Source: Candidatus Multivoradales bacterium
GTDB lineage: Bacteria; Acidobacteriota; Thermoanaerobaculia; Multivoradales; JAHEKO01
Reading direction: 5' to 3'
Assembly: GCA_965223155.1 (NCBI GenBank)
Contig: CBDCVR010000013.1
Location: 288,001-352,000 of the forward strand
DNA: 64,000 nt
Shown piece by piece: positions 18,296 through 27,418 of the stretch. The first letter of the stretch is position 1. Every line of letters begins with the position of its first letter. Below the pieces are notes generated by a model. That model was given only the letters and a program-made list of their open reading frames with translations, was not told the DNA's origin and searched no databases. The position numbers were made by a program, and so were the translations under genes.

Positions 18296-18389
18296 GTGAA
18301 TTCGGTGACAGGATACGTGAATTCGGTGACAGGATACATATTTCGAGTGTCCCCCTGCGGCCGGATTCTTCCCTTGAAATAGGTATCCT
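18296..18389. repeat. Palindromic repeat copy R3 with tandem left arm; right arm interrupted by IS and completed at 19751-19765
   Basis: GTGAATTCGGTGACAGGATAC x2, spacer, GAAATAGGTATC-CT-[IS]-GTCACCGGATTTC. Confidence 0.9.
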
Positions 18390-18467
18390 TCTATGAGTCG
18401 GTCGGTTGGCGTCAAGAGTTTCGTTTCTTCTTTTTGTAGTTTTCCTTAGGTTTTGGATCGAGGCTTG

Positions 18468-18620
18468 GGACGAGCTTCTATTCGCACTCTGTAGGGTTCT
18501 TCTTTGAACCGGTGCATGGTGAGTTTTGCGTCCGTTTAGGAATCGATGCTCCCATCTGTCACACGGTGTCGGGGCCACCAAGGATACTTTCGGAGTCATC
18601 GAACCTCTCAATCCGTCCTT
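18468..18620 (-). ncRNA. Predicted bridge RNA/seekRNA of variant B copy 2
   Basis: Reverse complement of 15414-15566. Confidence 0.83.
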
Positions 18621-18646
18621 GCTTGTTGGTCGTCTAGTTATCTCTT

Positions 18647-19660
18647 CTACGCTGCCTTGGGAAAGGCTCGGAAGCTCTCACCTGTCACCCACAGCCTGTG
18701 GAGCAACACCGCGATCTTCCTAGCTAGCGCGACCACGGCCTTGCCCTTACCCAGCCTCTCGACCAGGCCCTCAGCCCATCTCTTGAGTGACGACTCTTTG
18801 CGACAGTTCAACGCCGCATGAGCTGCCTGCACCAAGAGTCTGCGCATCTCCGAGTCGCCCTCGCGAGTGATCCGGCCCCTGACCTCATGCCCTCCTGAGC
18901 TGCGAAGCGACGGTCTCAAGCCCAGACACGCTCCGACGTCGCGGCTTTTCTCGAACCGATCCGGACGATCCATCCAGCCGACGAACGCAAGGCTCACCAG
19001 AGGCCCCACACCAGGAACCGTCTGCAGCCGACGGACCAGCTCGTTTGATCTCGACTCGGAGATGAGGTCGTCTTCGAGATGGTGGATCCGATCGGTCAGC
19101 TCGCCGATTGTCGTTACCAGAGGTTCGAGCGCTCCCAACAGGCCGGCTTCGACCGACATCGACGCGTACCGAGCCACGAAGCTCTTCGCCGGACATGAGG
19201 GCACTCGGTAGCCCTGTGCCCGCAGCGTTCCGCGTACGGAGTTGATCAGCGAGGTCCTGGTCTTCACCAGACTCGTTCGGACCCGAAGACGCGTCCGAAG
19301 CTCTTGGGCCTCACCTGTGCGCTGGTAGACTGGTCGAAGCAAACCCAGATCCAACCGGCTCAAACGAGCCAGGATCTCGGCGTCGATTCCGTCCGTCTTC
19401 AGGGTCGATTCCGCGATCAGACGTACCCGGCGTGGATTGACCACCATCACCTCATGGCCGAGCTCAGACAGCAGTCGATAGACCCAGGGTGTGACCGGAC
19501 CGCTCTCGAGCGTCACCTGCGAGCGTTCCCGATTGGCGAAGAACCTTCGCAGGCCCGTCTCGGTCGTCGGAACCCGCCGGCGAACCGTCACCTCACCGTC
19601 TTCTGATACGCCACACACCTCGCTGTACTTCGAGTGAACATCGATGCCAAGATACTCCAT
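18647..19660 (-). CDS. IS110-family recombinase/transposase (B)
   Basis: Translation identical to 14374-15387. Confidence 0.96.
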   Translation of the reverse strand: MEYLGIDVHSKYSEVCGVSEDGEVTVRRRVPTTETGLRRFFANRERSQVTLESGPVTPWVYRLLSELGHEVMVVNPRRVRLIAESTLKTDGIDAEILARLSRLDLGLLRPVYQRTGEAQELRTRLRVRTSLVKTRTSLINSVRGTLRAQGYRVPSCPAKSFVARYASMSVEAGLLGALEPLVTTIGELTDRIHHLEDDLISESRSNELVRRLQTVPGVGPLVSLAFVGWMDRPDRFEKSRDVGACLGLRPSLRSSGGHEVRGRITREGDSEMRRLLVQAAHAALNCRKESSLKRWAEGLVERLGKGKAVVALARKIAVLLHRLWVTGESFRAFPKAA

Positions 19661-19763
19661 GGTCGGTCTCCTTTCTCGGCTCTGATGCCGATTCTTGGTT
19701 ATCTCCAACTGGCACAGTGTCCCAGCTGGAGACCGACCGACTCATCTCATCTGTCACCGGATT

Positions 19764-20576
19764 TCACGGCGGGCCTGAGTGACCCGCATCCGCGAGGTCG
19801 CGGGCCAGCAGCCGACGGACCTCGCCGGGCAGCCGGCCCTGGCCCAGGTCGTGGCAGAGCTCATGGGTCATCTCCAGGCTGCTGAAGAGAGCCTGGCACC
19901 GGATGCAAAGCTCCGAGTCGGGAACCGGGAAGGCCACGCCCCGATCGAGCGCTTCTTGCTTGCCGCGCAAGAGATCCAGGCAGACCGCGCGCGGATGGTC
20001 CGGCGGCGGAGCCGGTTGCCGGGGCAGCAGGGGATCCAGGACCTCGCGGAGTTGGAGCCGGGCGCGCCGCACCCGGGTCTTGAGCGTGGCTTCCTTGAGG
20101 CCCAGCACCTCCGCCACCTCATGGACGGACAGCTCGGCGATGTCCTTGAGGACCAAGGGCAGGCGGTATTCGAGGGGCAACTCGGTAAGCGCGCCGCTGA
20201 GCCGTTCTTCGGCTTCGTGGGCGATCGTGGCCCGGAGCGGATCGTCTCGTGCCAGAGCCGCGGCGACGTCGTCGCCGGACGGCAGCAGCTCTTCCAGCGA
20301 ACGAACGTGCGCCGGCTCGCCGGAGCGCCGGCGGTGCCGGCGGCGGCAGGCTCGAACCGCGATGGTGTAGAGCCAGCTCGTGGGCGCCGAGCGGCCCTGG
20401 AACTGGTCCCATTTCCGGTAGGCGTTCAGAAACGTCTCCTGGAGGAGATCGTACGCCTCGTCCTCGCTGCCGCAGACTCGGAGACCTAATCGGTAGAGCT
20501 TGGCTCCGTAGCGATCCAGAAGCAGCGGGATGGCGTGATCTGCGTCCAGTCCGACCAGCTCGTCGTGTGCCGCCAC
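19764..20576 (-). CDS. ECF sigma factor with C-terminal extension
   Basis: AYDLLQETFL, SWLYTIA, EVAEVLGLKEATLKTRVRRAR; Cys-containing tail. Confidence 0.9.
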   Translation of the reverse strand: MAAHDELVGLDADHAIPLLLDRYGAKLYRLGLRVCGSEDEAYDLLQETFLNAYRKWDQFQGRSAPTSWLYTIAVRACRRRHRRRSGEPAHVRSLEELLPSGDDVAAALARDDPLRATIAHEAEERLSGALTELPLEYRLPLVLKDIAELSVHEVAEVLGLKEATLKTRVRRARLQLREVLDPLLPRQPAPPPDHPRAVCLDLLRGKQEALDRGVAFPVPDSELCIRCQALFSSLEMTHELCHDLGQGRLPGEVRRLLARDLADAGHSGPP

Positions 20577-20691
20577 CTGGCTAGTGTAGTGGGCTGCCGG
20601 GAGCGGGACAAGAAGATCGGCCCGTCGCGGCGGCTTTGGCCGATCCGCACCGTTGCGCTAGCGTCGAGAGGATGCCGGAGAATGGGACCTG

Positions 20692-21675
20692 ATGCCGAAG
20701 AAGCTCGCCGCCGTGGTGCTTGGCGTGGCTCTGGCCCTGGGCCTGGCCGAAGCCGGGTTGCGGGCCGCGGCCGGGCTGGGAGAGGCCGAGGCGGCACCCG
20801 TGTACCGGCCGATCGCGTCGGCGGATCCGGAGGTCTGGTCCGGCCGAACCTACAAGGTGCCCCGAGTGCGAATCCTGGTGGTCGGGGATTCCTTTACCTT
20901 CGGTTGGGGGGTCGGGGAGGAGGATGCCTATCCCAGCCGGCTGGTGCATGCCTTCAACAGCCGCCAGCGCGGGGTCGAGGTACTCTCTGTCAGCCGTCCC
21001 GGTTGGAACGCGCATGCCGAGCTCCAGGAGCTGCCCGCCCTCCTGGACGAGACGCTGCCGGACGTCTTGGTGGTAGGCCACTGCCTGAACGACGCCGAGT
21101 ACTATCCGACCGGCCGGATGTTGGAGGATCGGCCCGAGCTTCGGCCGTGGCGGCCGTCGGGTCTCGAGGCGCGGCTGGCGGCGGCGAGCGTCCTCTACCG
21201 GCGGCTGCGGTTGGCGAGCGACGGTCTGCGCTTGACGCCCCGTCTGCGCGGCTACTACCTGGGTCTGTATGAGGACGCCAAGGGAACCCGCCGCTGGCGG
21301 CGCTCGCTCCGGCTGATGGCGCGCCACGCCCGGGAGCGCGGCATCGCGCCGGTGCTCGCGTCGTTTCCGATCTTCGATTCCGATCTGGACTCGGACTACG
21401 CCTATCGCGGCCTTCACGACATCGTGGTCGATGAAGGGGAGGCCGCCGGGTTCCACGTTCTGGATCTCCTTGCCGCGTACGAGGGCCGGCCGGGCCGGTC
21501 GCTGGCGGTGACTCCCTTCACCGACCCCCATCCGAGCCGGATCGCCCATGCCGTCGCCGCCGAGACCTTGGCCGAGTTTCTGGTGGAGAAGGGGCTCCTG
21601 GCACCGGCGCCGCACTCGCCCTGGTTCGGGGTCGACGAGGCGGGCCAGGCTCCGGAACCGGCCGCAGTCCGTTGA
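20692..21675 (+). CDS. SGNH/GDSL hydrolase
   Basis: GDSFTFG, LND, DPHPS. Confidence 0.85.
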   Translation: MPKKLAAVVLGVALALGLAEAGLRAAAGLGEAEAAPVYRPIASADPEVWSGRTYKVPRVRILVVGDSFTFGWGVGEEDAYPSRLVHAFNSRQRGVEVLSVSRPGWNAHAELQELPALLDETLPDVLVVGHCLNDAEYYPTGRMLEDRPELRPWRPSGLEARLAAASVLYRRLRLASDGLRLTPRLRGYYLGLYEDAKGTRRWRRSLRLMARHARERGIAPVLASFPIFDSDLDSDYAYRGLHDIVVDEGEAAGFHVLDLLAAYEGRPGRSLAVTPFTDPHPSRIAHAVAAETLAEFLVEKGLLAPAPHSPWFGVDEAGQAPEPAAVR

Positions 21676-21811
21676 CCCCCCTGGGGGGCGCTCGTATACT
21701 GCCGTCTCTTTCACGCGTCGGCCCCGCACCGAGCTCGGCGAAACGTCTCGCGGTCTCGATGGGCGGGCGGCCGGCGCGCGAGCGTTCCTTGAGAGACGAC
21801 GGCACGGACTG

Positions 21812-22285
21812 ATGAGCCCCAGACGCAAAGGCCGTGAGTTGGCCATTCAGGCCCTGTACCAGTGCGACCTGGGGAAGGCCGACGTCGAGGAGGCGCTCGC
21901 TTCCTTCCGTCCGGCGGAGTACGGCTCCGACGACGGCGAGGCAGTCGAGACCGAGGACGGCCGGCAGAGCAAGGGCACGAAGCGAGCCTTCGAGTATGCC
22001 CAGCGGCTGGCGCGGGGGGCGACCGAACACAGGGATTCGATCGACGCCTTGATCCGGGAGCAGGCCGAGCACTGGCGCCTGGAGCGCATGCCGGCGGTGG
22101 ATCGGAACATCCTGCGCCTGGCGGTCTACGAGTTTCTGCACGAGCCGGACGTTCCCAAGCTCGTCGTCGTGGATGAGGCCATCGAGCTGGCCAAGAAGTT
22201 CGGGTCGGATGACTCCGGCCGGTTCGTCAACGGCTTGCTGGACGGCCTCCTCAAGAAGCGCGCGTTTCCGGGAGTGATGAGCTGA
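21812..22285 (+). CDS. nusB: Transcription antitermination factor NusB
   Basis: [38 protein letters not shown]. Confidence 0.95.
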   Translation: MSPRRKGRELAIQALYQCDLGKADVEEALASFRPAEYGSDDGEAVETEDGRQSKGTKRAFEYAQRLARGATEHRDSIDALIREQAEHWRLERMPAVDRNILRLAVYEFLHEPDVPKLVVVDEAIELAKKFGSDDSGRFVNGLLDGLLKKRAFPGVMS

Positions 22286-24756
22286 TGCACTACGACCACA
22301 AGACCGTCGAGGCGAAATGGCAGAAGCGCTGGCAGAAGCGCCGCGTCGCCGAGATCGACCTGTCGGACCCGAAGAACAAGTTCTACATGCTGATGATGTT
22401 CCCGTATCCGTCGGGAGATCGGCTGCACGTGGGGCACGGCCGGAACTACATTCTGGGAGACGCGCTGTACCGGTTTCTGCGCATGCGCGGGAAGCGGCCC
22501 TTGAACCCGATGGGCTGGGACTCGTTCGGCCTGCCGGCCGAGAACGCGGCGATCGCCCGCCAGGTGCATCCCCGGGACTGGACCCTCGGCAACATCGAGG
22601 TGATGACCGAGCAGTTCAAGAAGTGGGGCATCCTCTACGACTGGTCGAAGGAGGTCACCTCCTGCCAGCCCGACTACTACCGCTGGAACCAGTGGCTGTT
22701 CCTGCGCATGCTGGAGAAGGGCCTCGCCTACAAGAAGAAGGCGCCCGTCAACTGGTGCCCGAGCTGCCAGACCGTGCTGGCCAACGAGCAGGTCGCGGAC
22801 GGCCGTTGCGACCGATGCCGGTCCGAGGTCGTCCAGAAGGACCTGGAGCAGTGGTTCTGGAAGATCACGGACTACGCCGAGCGGCTGCTGGCCGGCCTGA
22901 ACGAGCTGGAGGGCTGGCCGGAGCGGGTCAAGGTCATGCAGCGCAACTGGATCGGCCGCTCCGAGGGCGCCGAGCTGGATTTCGAGATTCCGGCGATCGG
23001 GGAGACCTTGACGGTCTTCACCACCCGGCCGGACACCGTCCATGGCGCCACGTTCATGGTCCTGGCCCCGGAGCATCCCTGGGTGGAGCGCTTGCTCGAG
23101 GGCAATCCCGAGGCCGCCGAGGTCTCCGCCTGGATCGAGAAGATCCGCAACACGCCCCGCATCGAGCGCGAGGGCGAGGGGGTGGAGAAGGAGGGCCGGG
23201 ACACGGGTGCCGTCGCCGTCAACCCGGCCACGGGCGAGGAGATCCCGATCTGGATCGCCAACTACGTGCTGCCGGACTATGGCACCGGCTCGATCATGGC
23301 GGTGCCGGCGCACGACGCCCGGGACCTGGCCTTCGCCCGTCAGGAAGACCTGGCGGTGCGCCTGGTCTACGTCCCCGAGGGCGCCGACGTGGCCGAGCTC
23401 GAGGCGACGATCCAGGAGCCGATTCTGCACGACGGCACGATGCGGAACGCTGGGCCCTTCGACGGCCGCGCGGCCGAGTCCGGCGTCATTCCGGACTTCA
23501 TCGCCTGGACCGAGGAGCAGGGCTTCGGCCGAGCCCGGGTCACCTACCGGCTGCGGGACTGGCTCATCTCACGCCAGCGCTACTGGGGAACGCCGATTCC
23601 GGTCGTGTACTGCGAGGGCTGCGGCATCGTCCCGGTGCCCGAAGACGAGCTGCCGGTTACCTTGCCTTACGACGTCGAGTTCACCGGCAAGCGCGGCAAT
23701 CCCCTGGCACGGTCCGACGAGTTTCTGCGCGCGAGCTGTCCCGAGTGCGGCGGCGAGGCCCGGCGCGAGACCGACACCATGGACACCTTCGTGGATAGCT
23801 CCTGGTACTACTTGCGGTATCTGTCGGCCAAGGACGACAGCCAGATCTTCAACGTCGAGACCGCCAAGGAATGGATGCCGGTCGATCAGTACATCGGCGG
23901 CATCGAGCACGCGATCCTGCATCTGCTCTACGCGCGCTTCGTCTGCCGGGTGCTCTTTGATTTCGGTCTGGCGCCGGTCGAGGAGCCGTTCCGGAACCTC
24001 TTCAATCAGGGGATGATCACGCGCTACGCCGAGGCCAGCGGCCGGATCGAGAAGATGTCGAAGTCGCGTGGCAACACGGTATCGCCCGATGAGCTGATCG
24101 AGGAGATGGGAGCCGACACCGAGCGGGTCTACACGCTCTTTCTGGGTCCGCCCGAAGACGAGGTCGAGTGGAACGACGAGGCGGTCTCGGGCGCCTATCG
24201 ATTCCTGAATCGGACCTGGCGCCTCCAGGAGCGGCTGGCCGAGGTGCCGCCCAACGGCCTCGACGATGCATCACTCGAGCGCGCGGTCCATCAGACCATC
24301 GAACGGGTCACCCGCGATCTCGAGAAGTTCAAGTTCAACACCGCGATCGCGGCTCTGATGGAGCTCATCAATGCCCTGTCCAAAGCGATCGAGACGAGTT
24401 CGGCTTCCAAGCGAGTCTGCGACGAGGCCTACGACGTCCTGATCCGGCTGCTGCATCCGATGGCGCCGCACCTGACCGAGGAGCTCTGGGAGCTGCGCGG
24501 GCATCCCGACTCCCTGCTCGAAACCGACTGGCCGAGCTTCGACGCCGCCAAGCTTGAAACCCAGTCGGTGACCCTGGTGATCCAGATCGACGGCAAGCTG
24601 CGCGACCGGATTACGGTGGCCGCCGACGCCGGCGGTGACGAGATCCGGGAGCTGGTCTTGGCGAACGAGACCGTACAGCGGTACCTGGAGGGAAGGGATC
24701 CCGCCAAATTCATCCACGTTCCCGGTAGACTGGTGAACCTGGTAACGCCCCGTTGA
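22285..24756 (+). CDS. leuS: Leucyl-tRNA synthetase
   Basis: [27 protein letters not shown]. Confidence 0.98.
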   Translation: MHYDHKTVEAKWQKRWQKRRVAEIDLSDPKNKFYMLMMFPYPSGDRLHVGHGRNYILGDALYRFLRMRGKRPLNPMGWDSFGLPAENAAIARQVHPRDWTLGNIEVMTEQFKKWGILYDWSKEVTSCQPDYYRWNQWLFLRMLEKGLAYKKKAPVNWCPSCQTVLANEQVADGRCDRCRSEVVQKDLEQWFWKITDYAERLLAGLNELEGWPERVKVMQRNWIGRSEGAELDFEIPAIGETLTVFTTRPDTVHGATFMVLAPEHPWVERLLEGNPEAAEVSAWIEKIRNTPRIEREGEGVEKEGRDTGAVAVNPATGEEIPIWIANYVLPDYGTGSIMAVPAHDARDLAFARQEDLAVRLVYVPEGADVAELEATIQEPILHDGTMRNAGPFDGRAAESGVIPDFIAWTEEQGFGRARVTYRLRDWLISRQRYWGTPIPVVYCEGCGIVPVPEDELPVTLPYDVEFTGKRGNPLARSDEFLRASCPECGGEARRETDTMDTFVDSSWYYLRYLSAKDDSQIFNVETAKEWMPVDQYIGGIEHAILHLLYARFVCRVLFDFGLAPVEEPFRNLFNQGMITRYAEASGRIEKMSKSRGNTVSPDELIEEMGADTERVYTLFLGPPEDEVEWNDEAVSGAYRFLNRTWRLQERLAEVPPNGLDDASLERAVHQTIERVTRDLEKFKFNTAIAALMELINALSKAIETSSASKRVCDEAYDVLIRLLHPMAPHLTEELWELRGHPDSLLETDWPSFDAAKLETQSVTLVIQIDGKLRDRITVAADAGGDEIRELVLANETVQRYLEGRDPAKFIHVPGRLVNLVTPR

Positions 24757-24757
24757 G

Positions 24758-25339
24758 ATGCCCAGAGACGTTGTAGACGAAAGGCCCCGAATGCGCCTGA
24801 CCTCGAAGTTGACCTCGAACCTGGCCTCGAACCTGGCCGCCGTGCTGGTGGTGGCTTCCATGCTCGTCGGCTGCGGTTACGCCCTGGTCGGCAAGACCAG
24901 CTCGCTGCCTGAAGACATCCAGGAGATCTACGTCGAGGCCCTGGTCAACCAGACCCGCCGCGCGCAGCTCGAACAGGTGCTGTCCCGAGCCATCGCCGAT
25001 GAGTTCGTCAAGCGCCGCAGGTTCGTGATGGTGAGCTCGGCGGCCGAGGCCGACGCGGTTCTGGGGGGCACGGTCACGAGCTTTTCGGCGCGCCCGGTAT
25101 CGTTCGCCGGCACCGAGGGACGGGCCCGTGAGTTCGAGATCGTGATCGGGGCGAAGATGCGCTTTACCCGAACCGACAACGACGAAGTGCTCTGGAAGCA
25201 GGACGCCTATCAGTTCCGCGAGCTCTACGAGGCCGACATCTCGGCGGAAGAGTTCTTCAGCCGCGAAGACCAGGCGATCGAGGAGGTCGCGGTGAAGTTC
25301 GCCGAGACTCTCATCATCGACGTCCTCGAAGGGTTCTAG
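24758..25339 (+). CDS. lptE: LPS assembly lipoprotein LptE
   Basis: Lipobox VGCGY; follows leuS; start may be later. Confidence 0.8.
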   Translation: MPRDVVDERPRMRLTSKLTSNLASNLAAVLVVASMLVGCGYALVGKTSSLPEDIQEIYVEALVNQTRRAQLEQVLSRAIADEFVKRRRFVMVSSAAEADAVLGGTVTSFSARPVSFAGTEGRAREFEIVIGAKMRFTRTDNDEVLWKQDAYQFRELYEADISAEEFFSREDQAIEEVAVKFAETLIIDVLEGF

Positions 25340-25460
25340 CCGGAGCTTCGAAGAGCGCCTAGCGCCCGGGCCCGCATCCAGCGGCCGGGGAACGCGCGCC
25401 CCCGCTCGGAGGCTGCGTACGTACGGTGTCTCGCTACGATCGAGCGAGGCGGTTCGAAGA

Positions 25461-25721
25461 CTAGAGCTTGGCGACCGCTTGCGTCAGGCGGGACTTGGTG
25501 CGGGCGGCGGCATTCGCGTGAATGACGCCCTTTTGCGCGGTGGAATCGATGAGGGACAGGGTGCCGGGCAGGAGCTCGGCGGCACGGTCCTTGTCGTTGG
25601 CTTCGATCGCCTTGCGCAGGGTCTTGACCGAGGTGCGCATGCGCCCCTTGAGGGAACGGTTGCGCTCGCGATTGGTTTCGGCCTGGCGGATTCTCTTTTC
25701 GGTGGACGGATTGTTGGCCAT
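25461..25721 (-). CDS. rpsT: 30S ribosomal protein S20
   Basis: MANNPSTEKRIRQ...KGVIHANAAARTKSRL. Confidence 0.95.
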   Translation of the reverse strand: MANNPSTEKRIRQAETNRERNRSLKGRMRTSVKTLRKAIEANDKDRAAELLPGTLSLIDSTAQKGVIHANAAARTKSRLTQAVAKL

Positions 25722-25851
25722 AGCGGATTCTCTTGATCTGGGTGATCTCGGTGATCGGGGCGAAACTTTGTGTTTGGGAAGGCGCTCTACGGGACGGCCC
25801 GCTAGCGCTCGCGGACTCTAGCGCGGGCGGGGAAACGGCGTCAAGAAGGCG

Positions 25852-26724
25852 TCAGCCGGCGTTGATCCCGAGGGATTGCAGGCGCTGGCGAGCCAGGTTG
25901 GCTTCGTCGGACTGCGGATACTGCCGGACCACGTTGCGCAGTTGCACCACGCCCTGCTCGCGCTGGCCCACCTCAAGGTAAGCGTACCCCTTCTTGAGGA
26001 TCGAGCTCGCGGTCTTGTCGCTGCGCGGATACTTCTTGAGGATGCCGTCGAACTCGGTGATGGCCTGGGAGTACTTGCGCTGGGAGTAGAGCGATTCGGC
26101 GATCCAGTAGGCGGCGTTGTCCGCGAGCTCGGTCTCGGGAAAGGAGCTGAGATAGGTGCGAAACGCCCGGATCGCCAAGTTGTAGTTGCCGCTCAAATAG
26201 TCATGATAGGCCGACTGGTAGAGTTCCTGGGGATTCTGCGGCGGGGTGGTCGAGGGTGCGATCGTGGACGGGCCGGCCAGCGCTCCGCCCAGAGCGCTGC
26301 GCACCGCTTGCAGCTCCTGCAGTGTCGCGGTGGTCTGCTGCGACAGTTGCGCCAGGCGGTAGTTTGTATCGCCGAGGTTGGCCTGAAGCTGCTCGATCTG
26401 AGCGGAAAGCTGCTCGAGGCCGACCATCATGTCGGCTTCGGATTTCAGAAGCTGCGCGCTCTGGGTTGCGACCTCGTCGCGGAGATCGGCCACCTCCTCC
26501 TTGCTCGAGCTCTGCTGCTGGAGCTGGAGGACCTGTCGCTGGACGTCCGAGATCTGGGCGCTCAAGCCTTCGATGTCGCTGGACGACACGCACCCGGTGA
26601 CGACGAGCACCGCCGCCACTACGGTCAGGAGGTGCGATCGGGACCCGTTCAGGTTCGACCGCGTCGCGCGAATCGAAACCGTGCTTGGCTCAACCGTCTT
26701 TGTTCCAACCGGGCGCCCCACCAC
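25852..26724 (-). CDS. cpoB: Tol-Pal associated TPR protein CpoB/YbgF
   Basis: Coiled coil plus TPRs (LADNAAYWIAE); downstream of pal; start uncertain. Confidence 0.9.
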   Translation of the reverse strand: MVGRPVGTKTVEPSTVSIRATRSNLNGSRSHLLTVVAAVLVVTGCVSSSDIEGLSAQISDVQRQVLQLQQQSSSKEEVADLRDEVATQSAQLLKSEADMMVGLEQLSAQIEQLQANLGDTNYRLAQLSQQTTATLQELQAVRSALGGALAGPSTIAPSTTPPQNPQELYQSAYHDYLSGNYNLAIRAFRTYLSSFPETELADNAAYWIAESLYSQRKYSQAITEFDGILKKYPRSDKTASSILKKGYAYLEVGQREQGVVQLRNVVRQYPQSDEANLARQRLQSLGINAG

Positions 26725-26735
26725 TTGCGACGCTC

Positions 26736-27308
26736 CTAGCGCCGGCCGGTGATGACGAAGCGGGCGCGTCGGTTGAGCTGCCAGCAGGACTCGCTGGCCT
26801 CCATGCAGGTCGGCTTTTCCTCACCGTAGGTGATCGTGTTCAGGCGATCGCCCGAGACCGAGAGGGACCCCAGGTAGTTCTTGGCCGCGTTGGCCCGCCG
26901 GTCGCCCAGGGCCAGGTTGTATTCGTTGGTGCCGCGCTCGTCGCAGTGGCCCTCAACGTTGAAGACGAACTCGGGATAGGCGGCCATGAACTCGGCGTTC
27001 TGGCGCAGCCGGTCGCGCGCGTCCTGGCTCAGCTCGTACTTGTCGAAGGCGAAGTAGACATCGCCCAAGAGGCCGCGGCGCTCGGCTTCGAGCTGTGCCT
27101 CGACGATGTCTTCGGGCAGCGCATCCGGGCTCTCGTCGTCGGCCGTCGGCGGGGCCGGCGCCGGAGTAACGGTCTCAGCCGGCTCTTCGCTCTCTTCGAT
27201 GTCCATGGTCGGGGCCGCCGGAGGTTCCTCCTTGGGGCCGCACGCCACCATTGTGACGATGGTTACGAGGGCGAGAGTCCAAAGCAGGGCCGTCCATTTG
27301 CGGTTCAT
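26736..27308 (-). CDS. pal: Peptidoglycan-associated lipoprotein
   Basis: EGHCDERGTNEYNLALGDRRA; lipobox. Confidence 0.95.
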   Translation of the reverse strand: MNRKWTALLWTLALVTIVTMVACGPKEEPPAAPTMDIEESEEPAETVTPAPAPPTADDESPDALPEDIVEAQLEAERRGLLGDVYFAFDKYELSQDARDRLRQNAEFMAAYPEFVFNVEGHCDERGTNEYNLALGDRRANAAKNYLGSLSVSGDRLNTITYGEEKPTCMEASESCWQLNRRARFVITGRR

Positions 27309-27371
27309 CGCGATCTCCTTTTGCGCTAGCCTTAGATGCAAAGTAGGACTGAAAACTCCATAATCCATCGG

Positions 27372-27401
27372 ACTTTAGCAGAAAAAATTTCGGCCCTGCA
27401 A
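27372..27401 (-). promoter_or_regulatory. Putative internal promoter for pal-cpoB
   Basis: TTGCAG-18 bp-TAAAGT with TG extension in an AT-rich gap. Confidence 0.45.
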
Positions 27402-27418
27402 TAGGTTTCGATGTTTGT

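Larger units (their letters stand above)
18388..19752 (-). mobile_element. IS1111-type element, variant B copy 2
   Basis: Inverted copy of 14282-15645; identical protein; one 1-bp homopolymer difference seen in the right end. Confidence 0.95.
9557..19765. mobile_element. Degenerate tRNA-Pro-associated accessory island; no integrase
   Basis: Starts at the tRNA 3' end; visibly less GC-rich than the flanks; four complete IS, gene fragments, a copy of the tRNA 3' end. Confidence 0.7.

Noticed and set aside
18222-18611. N-terminal extension of the 378-aa ORF
   Set aside because: It reads through the IS right end and R3; the RBS supports ATG 18221.
13075-19765. Repeats as a CRISPR array or integron attC array
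   Set aside because: Spacing is kilobases and irregular, there is no cas or intI gene, and attC core motifs are absent.
24800-24836. 12-bp tandem repeat at the lptE 5' end
   Set aside because: Short in-frame slippage in the signal region; no evidence of function.
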